Under the pieces are notes generated by a model. It saw only the letters and a list, made by a program, of their open reading frames with translations, searched no databases and was not told the origin of the DNA. Below, piece by piece: positions 55,273 to 64,000 of a stretch of DNA of 64,000 bases. The stretch is from an uncultured Planctomycetota bacterium. Its GTDB lineage: Bacteria; Planctomycetota; Planctomycetia; Pirellulales; Lacipirellulaceae. Where the stretch lies: assembly GCA_963719315.1 (NCBI GenBank), contig CAVRBU010000002.1:128001-192000 (forward strand), read 5' to 3'. A program made the position numbers and the translations under genes. How positions within the stretch are numbered: the stretch's first letter is position 1; each line of letters opens with the position of its first letter.

Positions 55273-56491
55273 CTTCCACTCCCATGCTTACTAACATCTC
55301 CGCCATCTCTCCGCGCTGAGCGACCTGAATGTCGTCAGGCACGTTTTGGCCGTCGGTGAGGTAACTCACGGGTAAGCTGCATTCTCGCACCAGCGAAACC
55401 AGGTGGCCCAGGCTGTGCGCTTCATCGAGCTTGGTGAGGACGAGTGCCGTCGTGCCCGCTTCGGCAAATTTCTCGGCCGTGCCGATCAAGCTCTTGGCCC
55501 CGGCCGTGCTACTCAGTACCAGGTGGACCTCGTCGGGTTCCGATTCCGAGAGCATCGACTTCAACTCTTGAATCTTGACCTCATCTCGCGGGCTGCGGCC
55601 CGCCGTATCCATCAGCACGAGGTCCAAATGGCCCATTCGGGCGACCGCCTCGCGCATCTCCCGCGGCGTAGCCACGACTTCCATCGGCAGGTCGATGATG
55701 TCGGCATACGTTCGCAATTGCTCGACCGCCGCCACGCGATAAGTATCGACCGTGATCAAACCCACGCGTCGCTTTTCCCGCAGCCGATAGTTCGCCGCGA
55801 GCTTGGCGATCGTCGTCGTTTTGCCGACGCCCGTCGGACCGACCAGAGCCACTACGCGACACTTGCCCGCTTCGGTCACGATCGGGCCGCTGACCTTCAC
55901 ATCTTTTTTCAACAATTCGACTGCCCGAGCCTTCACGAAAGCCGCATCCTCTATGGTCCGCGGGTCGGCATCGCGGCGAATCTCGTCGATCCACTCGCGA
56001 ACGATCGCCTCATCGACTTCCGCCTCGATCAAATCCGTGAACGCGCGAAACACCGCCTCCGGCAGATCGTGTGTCGGCGTCGATGCCGTATGCTCGCACA
56101 GCTTCTCGACCATCGCGTGCAGTTCGTCGATCTGCCCGACGACTTGCCGTCGAAAATCCTCGCGGTAGCGGGTACGGTAGTCCACGTGAACTGGTGGGGC
56201 GACGCTAGTGACAAGCGAAGGTGTCGGGTGTCGGGCGTCAGGCATCGGAAATTCCGGCCCCGACACCTGATACCTGATACCTGACACCTCTTGCATCTCC
56301 GTCGGCATCCGACTGGGCACATTCACACTTGCGGAAGCCGCCACCTCGTACTTCCGTCCAAACATTAGTCGACTCAGTGGCCCGCTATTCACTTCCCGCG
56401 TATGCAACACCGCCGCCGCTGGTCCCAATTCGCGCCGAACCAGCTCCAGAGCGCCACGCATGGTCTTCGCTCGATAGGTCTTTATGTCCAT
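55268..56491 (-). CDS. flhF: Flagellar biosynthesis SRP-type GTPase FlhF
   Basis: GPTGVGKTTTIAKLAA, DTYRVAAVEQL, DTAGRS, TKLDE, GQNVPDDI. Confidence 0.95.
   Translation of the reverse strand: MDIKTYRAKTMRGALELVRRELGPAAAVLHTREVNSGPLSRLMFGRKYEVAASASVNVPSRMPTEMQEVSGIRYQVSGPEFPMPDARHPTPSLVTSVAPPVHVDYRTRYREDFRRQVVGQIDELHAMVEKLCEHTASTPTHDLPEAVFRAFTDLIEAEVDEAIVREWIDEIRRDADPRTIEDAAFVKARAVELLKKDVKVSGPIVTEAGKCRVVALVGPTGVGKTTTIAKLAANYRLREKRRVGLITVDTYRVAAVEQLRTYADIIDLPMEVVATPREMREAVARMGHLDLVLMDTAGRSPRDEVKIQELKSMLSESEPDEVHLVLSSTAGAKSLIGTAEKFAEAGTTALVLTKLDEAHSLGHLVSLVRECSLPVSYLTDGQNVPDDIQVAQRGEMAEMLVSMGVEV
56219..56289. repeat. Inverted heptamer-array pair in frame inside flhF
   Basis: aggtgtc gggtgtc gggcgtc aggcatc ... 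cgacacc tgatacc tgatacc tgacacc. Confidence 0.85.
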
Positions 56492-56496
56492 GTTTA

Positions 56497-56593
56497 TAGT
56501 CCGTTGTCAGTAGTCCGTCGTCCGTTGTCGAATGTTTGCGTCTGTGCCAGGTAAGAAACTGAATGCAACGAACAATTAATAACGGACAACGGA

Positions 56594-56595
<2 letters not shown>
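56497..56595. repeat. Inverted heptamer-array pair (TTGTCCG type) at the flhA/flhF junction
   Basis: tagtccg ttgtcag tagtccg tcgtccg ttgtcga ... caacgaa caattaa taacgga caacgga. Confidence 0.75.
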
Positions 56596-58756
<2,161 letters not shown>

Positions 58757-58763
58757 GCTCGCC

Positions 58764-58829
58764 GTAGGTCAGGCCTCAGCCTGACAAACTGGAATCGCCG
58801 TCGTTCAGTCAAGCTAAAACCTGACCTAC
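58764..58829. repeat. GTAG-REP inverted doublet; a single arm of the same family lies at 62590..62610
   Basis: GTAGGTCAGGCCTCAGCCTGAC / GTCAAGCTAAAACCTGACCTAC. Confidence 0.7.
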
Positions 58830-59052
58830 AACCGGCCCGCGGCCGTCAATGCAACAGATGAGTATTTCGTGAAGAGAAACTTGAGTAGAAATCAGATGAG
58901 GGGCGGGAATTTAGCGGGAGAGCCCTCCAATGTCCAGAGCGGCCCCAAACTTCAACGCCAGCACGCCAGGTGCTATTCTCGTGGCTAGCAACGGCATCAT
59001 TGAAATCTCACTTTTTGCTCGCTGTTGTCGCCGCTAGAGGCGGATAAGGCAG

Positions 59053-59364
59053 ATGACAGACAGAACGAGTTATCGAATCGATTATTCACCAGCAACTGAG
59101 GAGCATCTGGCCTCGCTCACGGCTCGCCAACGAGCCAAAGTATTCGACACAGTCGATAAACAACTTATTGAAGAGCCCAGGGTCGAAACTCGCAATCGCA
59201 AACCAATGCGACCCAACCCGGTTGCCTCCTGGGAGCTTCGCGTCGAGAGTTTGCGTGTATACTATGATGTAGTCGATGAGCCGGAAAAACTCGTGACTGT
59301 GCTGGCCATTGGCGTCAAGAAACGTAGCCGCGTCTTCATTGGTCGTGAGGAGTTTCAAATATGA
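59053..59364 (+). CDS. RelE/ParE family toxin
   Basis: YRIDYSPAT.EHL, WELRVESLRVYYDV, VTVLAIGVK. Confidence 0.8.
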   Translation: MTDRTSYRIDYSPATEEHLASLTARQRAKVFDTVDKQLIEEPRVETRNRKPMRPNPVASWELRVESLRVYYDVVDEPEKLVTVLAIGVKKRSRVFIGREEFQI

Positions 59365-59615
59365 AGGTCGTCGAGACGACGGATGGCACCGAGAGCTTGG
59401 CCGATTACGCGTCCAAGATAGCAAGCGGTCCGGTGATCGTGACCAGCCACGGTCAGCCTGTCGCTGCGCTTGTGCCTATTGAAAACGCAGACCTCGAAAC
59501 GATCTCCCTCAGCACCAACCCCGCGTTCATCGCGTTAATTGAGCGCTCCAGAGCGCGCGCCGAATCCGAGGGCACGATCTCTGCCGACGAAATGCGCCGC
59601 CGGTTTCAACGATGA
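59361..59615 (+). CDS. Phd/YefM family antitoxin
   Basis: SLADY...GPVIVTSHGQPVAALVP; ATGA overlap with the toxin stop. Confidence 0.8.
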   Translation: MKVVETTDGTESLADYASKIASGPVIVTSHGQPVAALVPIENADLETISLSTNPAFIALIERSRARAESEGTISADEMRRRFQR

Positions 59616-59776
59616 GTTCGGCTTGCTAGAATTGTGAGGGACATTCGTCTCGTAGTGGACTCTTGAAGAGGGAAAGGAAACGATGACCTTGTCAAATTCA
59701 TATGCAGAATAACTCGGCGAAGCGAATCGCACTTCCGATACGCGCCCCAAACCACGTGAACGCGAGGTAGCCCCCC

Positions 59777-60283
59777 ATGACCTACGCCCAAACTATCCTC
59801 CCCGAGTTCGATCACGAAATGGCCAACACACGGAAAGTGTTGGAGCGCGTTCCCGACGACAAGCTCCATTGGCGGGCGCATCCGAAGTCGAACACGATCG
59901 GCTGGAACGCGAATCACCTCGCCGAATTGCCCGGCTGGAGTGTCTCGATTCTGACGCAGCCCAATTATGACTTCGCACCGGTCGGCGGGGAGCGGTATCA
60001 GTCGCCGAAGCTCGGCTCACGCCACGAAATCCTGGAACTGTTCGATCGCAACGTCGCCGCAGCACGCCAGGCGCTGGCAAACGTGAAGGATGAAGCAATG
60101 GGCGACCAGTGGTCATTGCTGGCCGGCGGCCAGCCGATCTTCACGATGCCCCGCGCCGCTGTGGTGCGAGGCTTCCTCCTCAGCCACATGATCCACCACC
60201 GCGCGATCTTGACCGTCTATCTCCGCCTCAACGACATCCCGGTGCCCGCCCTCTACGGCCCCAGCGGCGACGAAGAAAAGTAG
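59777..60283 (+). CDS. DinB family protein
   Basis: TRKVLERVPDDKL.WRAHPKS, H..HHRA..TVYLRL. Confidence 0.85.
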   Translation: MTYAQTILPEFDHEMANTRKVLERVPDDKLHWRAHPKSNTIGWNANHLAELPGWSVSILTQPNYDFAPVGGERYQSPKLGSRHEILELFDRNVAAARQALANVKDEAMGDQWSLLAGGQPIFTMPRAAVVRGFLLSHMIHHRAILTVYLRLNDIPVPALYGPSGDEEK

Positions 60284-60388
60284 GTTTCGCTTGCCGAGCG
60301 GAACCTCAGACCTTCGACAACGCGCGTGTGCAACTCGCCGCGGCAAGTCGTAGGGTGTGCCGACCCTAGTTGTTTGGACGGACTATCG

Positions 60389-61567
<1,179 letters not shown>

Positions 61568-61570
61568 GAA

Positions 61571-61650
61571 AAATGACCAGTGACCCAATCTCAATCACCA
61601 ATGCCGGAAGGAAAATGTTTGATTGGTCATTGGAATTGGGTCATTGGTGC
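61571..61650. repeat. Inverted heptamer-array pair (CAATGAC type)
   Basis: aaatgac cagtgac ccaatct caatcac caatgcc ... attggtc attggaa ttgggtc attggtg. Confidence 0.75.
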
Positions 61651-61843
61651 TTCCAACTTCCCCCTTCCCGTTGACATCCGCCCCACACTTGTTTACAGTC
61701 GCCAAACGTCGCGCGTTTGCGCGTGCGGACCCGCCCTCTGAGCCTACTGCTAGCATGGAAGCCCACTTCCGGATTGAGCGATTCGTTGCCAGTCAGTAAT
61801 TCGTTTCGGGCTAATCCAATCTCACCCGCGATCCATCTCGAAT

Positions 61844-62593
61844 ATGAACCGTATTGCACTTGCCTCGGAAGAAACCAGTACGCAATCGTCACCCGCTGAA
61901 ACCGACCATTTGCATGAATTGATCACGGCGACGCGCCGCTGCACCGAGCGCGACTTCGACCTGCCGTACGCCACGTTCGCACCCATCCATTACGAGGAGC
62001 GGTATGCGTACCCGCTTCTCGTCTGGCTGCACGATTCCGCCAGTAATGAGCAGGAACTGCGGCAGATCATGCCGCTGGTGAGCATGCGAAACTACGTGGC
62101 CATCGCCCCCCGCGGCACTTGCGACGACCAGCGCAACCGCGGGCGATTCGGCTGGCGGCAAACGACCGACGCCATCGAGTCGGCCCACTCGCGCATCGTG
62201 GATTGCATCGCCGTCGCCCGCGAGAGATTCAACATTCACGAGCAGCGAGTTTTCCTCGTCGGCCGCGGCGCCGGCGGCACAATGGCACTCCGCACAGCCT
62301 GGCACGACCCGAGCAAGTTTGCTGGCGCGATCTCGATCAACGGTCCCCTGCCCTCTCGCCTGAGCCCACTGCGGCGGGTCAACGAACTTCGCCGCGTTCC
62401 CTGTTTGCTCGCAACTTCCCGAGACAGCGAAACCTACCCGGCCGACCAGGTTTGCCGAGATTTGCGATTGCTCCACGTCGCCGGCTGCACCGTTGCCCTC
62501 CGCCAGTACCCTTGCGGCGATAGCCTCACTAGCAACATGCTCTCCGACCTCGACCACTGGCTCATGGAGCTGGTCTGCGGCGGCGGTGCGTAG
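61844..62593 (+). CDS. Phospholipase/carboxylesterase-like alpha/beta hydrolase fold protein
   Basis: YPLLVWLH, IAPRG, RVFLVG..AGG, FAGAISING. Confidence 0.75.
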   Translation: MNRIALASEETSTQSSPAETDHLHELITATRRCTERDFDLPYATFAPIHYEERYAYPLLVWLHDSASNEQELRQIMPLVSMRNYVAIAPRGTCDDQRNRGRFGWRQTTDAIESAHSRIVDCIAVARERFNIHEQRVFLVGRGAGGTMALRTAWHDPSKFAGAISINGPLPSRLSPLRRVNELRRVPCLLATSRDSETYPADQVCRDLRLLHVAGCTVALRQYPCGDSLTSNMLSDLDHWLMELVCGGGA

Positions 62594-62620
62594 GTCAGGC
62601 TTTAGCCTGATAGCATGATT

Positions 62621-62668
62621 AGGTGTCAGGTGTCGGGTGTCAGATCGGAATTCCGACATCTGACACCT
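62621..62668. repeat. Inverted heptamer-array pair (AGGTGTC type)
   Basis: aggtgtc aggtgtc gggtgtc agatcggaattccgacatc tgacacct. Confidence 0.75.
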
Positions 62669-62840
62669 CCCCCCACTTTCTCCGCCATTGACACTCGTCT
62701 GCTGCATCCGGTAAAAGCTCGCCGCTCTTATCTGCCTTCCGATTCCGATTCGTTCACGTCTTCCGCAGCGGGCGGAAGCGTCATTTGGTTAATGCGCGAT
62801 GCTGCGCGGCCTCAGTCGTGCGCGGCAAAGAATCTCACAC

Positions 62841-64000
62841 TTGTCCCAACAATCTCAAACAACCGACGCTTCGCTCGACGCAACTCCTGGCGGCGGGGGA
62901 CGCATCGTGTCTATGTTGTTAGGCCTGATCCGCTTCCTGGGGCGTTTGCGCGCCTGGACGACCGGACACTGGTTACGTGGCGTACTCGTGGCGGGCACGA
63001 TCCTGTCCTTGATCGGTCTCACGATCGGAGGTTGGGCGTATCTGGCCAGCGTGGCACTGAAAGCCGGCGTTTACACATTAGAAGAAGCGCTAGCTGCGTA
63101 CGACAAAGGTAATTACGAAGCAGCCCGCAACGCCGCCGGACACATGCTCACAAGCGGCAGCCTGTTGCGTGGCGAATACGGCGGCCCACTCTTCGTGCTC
63201 GGAGCCATTAAGTTTAGAGACGCCGAAGCACAGACCGTGCCCGATCGCCGCCGCATCGAGTACTCGATCGCTTCGCGCTACCTGACCGAAGCCCGGGCTT
63301 ACGGTTTGCCGGTGGGCCGCGAAGCAAAGGGCACGCTCCTGCTGGGCCAAAGCCTGATCGAGTGTGGCCAGTTCGACGACGGCGTGCGGATTTTGAACGA
63401 ACTGGCAGCCAGCAAGTATCTGGGCGATGAAGCGCTGGCTCTTGAGACGCAGCACTTGCTGGCTGAGACTTGCCTCGTAATGCCTCATCCGAAAATCGAC
63501 GAAGCTTTGCATCACAACGATCTGCTCATCGCAAGCAAAGATTTGTCGAACGACCAGCGAATGCTCACTCTGCTTCAGCGTGCCGAGTGCTTGTCGAGGC
63601 TCGATCGCTACGACGACGCCCGTAAAGTATTGGCCGACATGCCAGCCGGCAATGCGGGAGCCGCCTTCACGACGATGATGACGGGCATTATTCAACTGGA
63701 CGAGGTTGATGACACGCTTCAAAAACTGCCTGCCAGTGAACGCGCCCAAACAACTGCTACGCTGGCCGACAAAATTCAAGCCGCACTCGCCAATCTGCGG
63801 AAAGCCACGGCTCTCGACGAACAACAGGGCCACGTCGCCCAACGATCGTGCTACGAATTGGCCCGCGGGCTTGCCCTCCAAGGCGATCTGGATGCCGCAC
63901 TCAAACAGTTCGGTCGCACTCGGCAGCTCTATGGCGACTCCGACGAAGGACTGGCGGCTGCGTTGGGTGAGGCCGACGCGCTGCGGCGAACGGGCGACTA
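62841..64000 (+). CDS. Membrane-anchored TPR-like helical repeat protein, runs off the window (start 62841 TTG or 62913 ATG)
   Basis: Manual translation: TM helix then LEEALAAYDKGNYEAAR, LLGQSLIECGQFDDG, RAECLSRLDRYDDAR; absent from the ORF track, consistent with no stop before the window edge. Confidence 0.75.
   Translation, partial: MSQQSQTTDASLDATPGGGGRIVSMLLGLIRFLGRLRAWTTGHWLRGVLVAGTILSLIGLTIGGWAYLASVALKAGVYTLEEALAAYDKGNYEAARNAAGHMLTSGSLLRGEYGGPLFVLGAIKFRDAEAQTVPDRRRIEYSIASRYLTEARAYGLPVGREAKGTLLLGQSLIECGQFDDGVRILNELAASKYLGDEALALETQHLLAETCLVMPHPKIDEALHHNDLLIASKDLSNDQRMLTLLQRAECLSRLDRYDDARKVLADMPAGNAGAAFTTMMTGIIQLDEVDDTLQKLPASERAQTTATLADKIQAALANLRKATALDEQQGHVAQRSCYELARGLALQGDLDAALKQFGRTRQLYGDSDEGLAAALGEADALRRTGD

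Overview
GC-rich bacterial chromosome segment. Gene content and repeat style suggest Planctomycetota/Pirellulales (inference). 1-17.3 kb: a minus-strand Wzx/Wzy-type exopolysaccharide cluster (Wzc-like protein, priming sugar transferase, Gfo/Idh/MocA + hexapeptide acetyltransferase + DegT aminotransferase, Wzy, Wzx, three GT4s, two FemAB-like GNATs, a JmjC/cupin oxygenase, a deacetylase), with an IS630 element upstream. The rest is mostly housekeeping: lhr helicase, tRNA-Gln, serA/serC, acnA, pyrB, argG, flhA-flhF-flhG-fliA, mdh and two toxin-antitoxin pairs. At least ten single-base frameshifts look like long-read consensus errors. The most unusual content is the repeat layer. (i) A four-helix-bundle (23S rRNA IVS-protein/Avd-like fold) gene sits between inverted arrays of 7-bp repeats and is itself broken by a perfect GGAATTA x4 expansion. 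(ii) About nine further gene-less inverted heptamer-array pairs, built from several different heptamers, occur at gene junctions and in frame inside proteins. (iii) A 3-copy ~122-bp MITE with TIRs and 8-9-bp target duplications carries a GTAG-REP doublet whose spacer is inverted in one copy. (iv) Many REP-like palindromes are present, some translated inside FlhA, FlhG and a prepilin.
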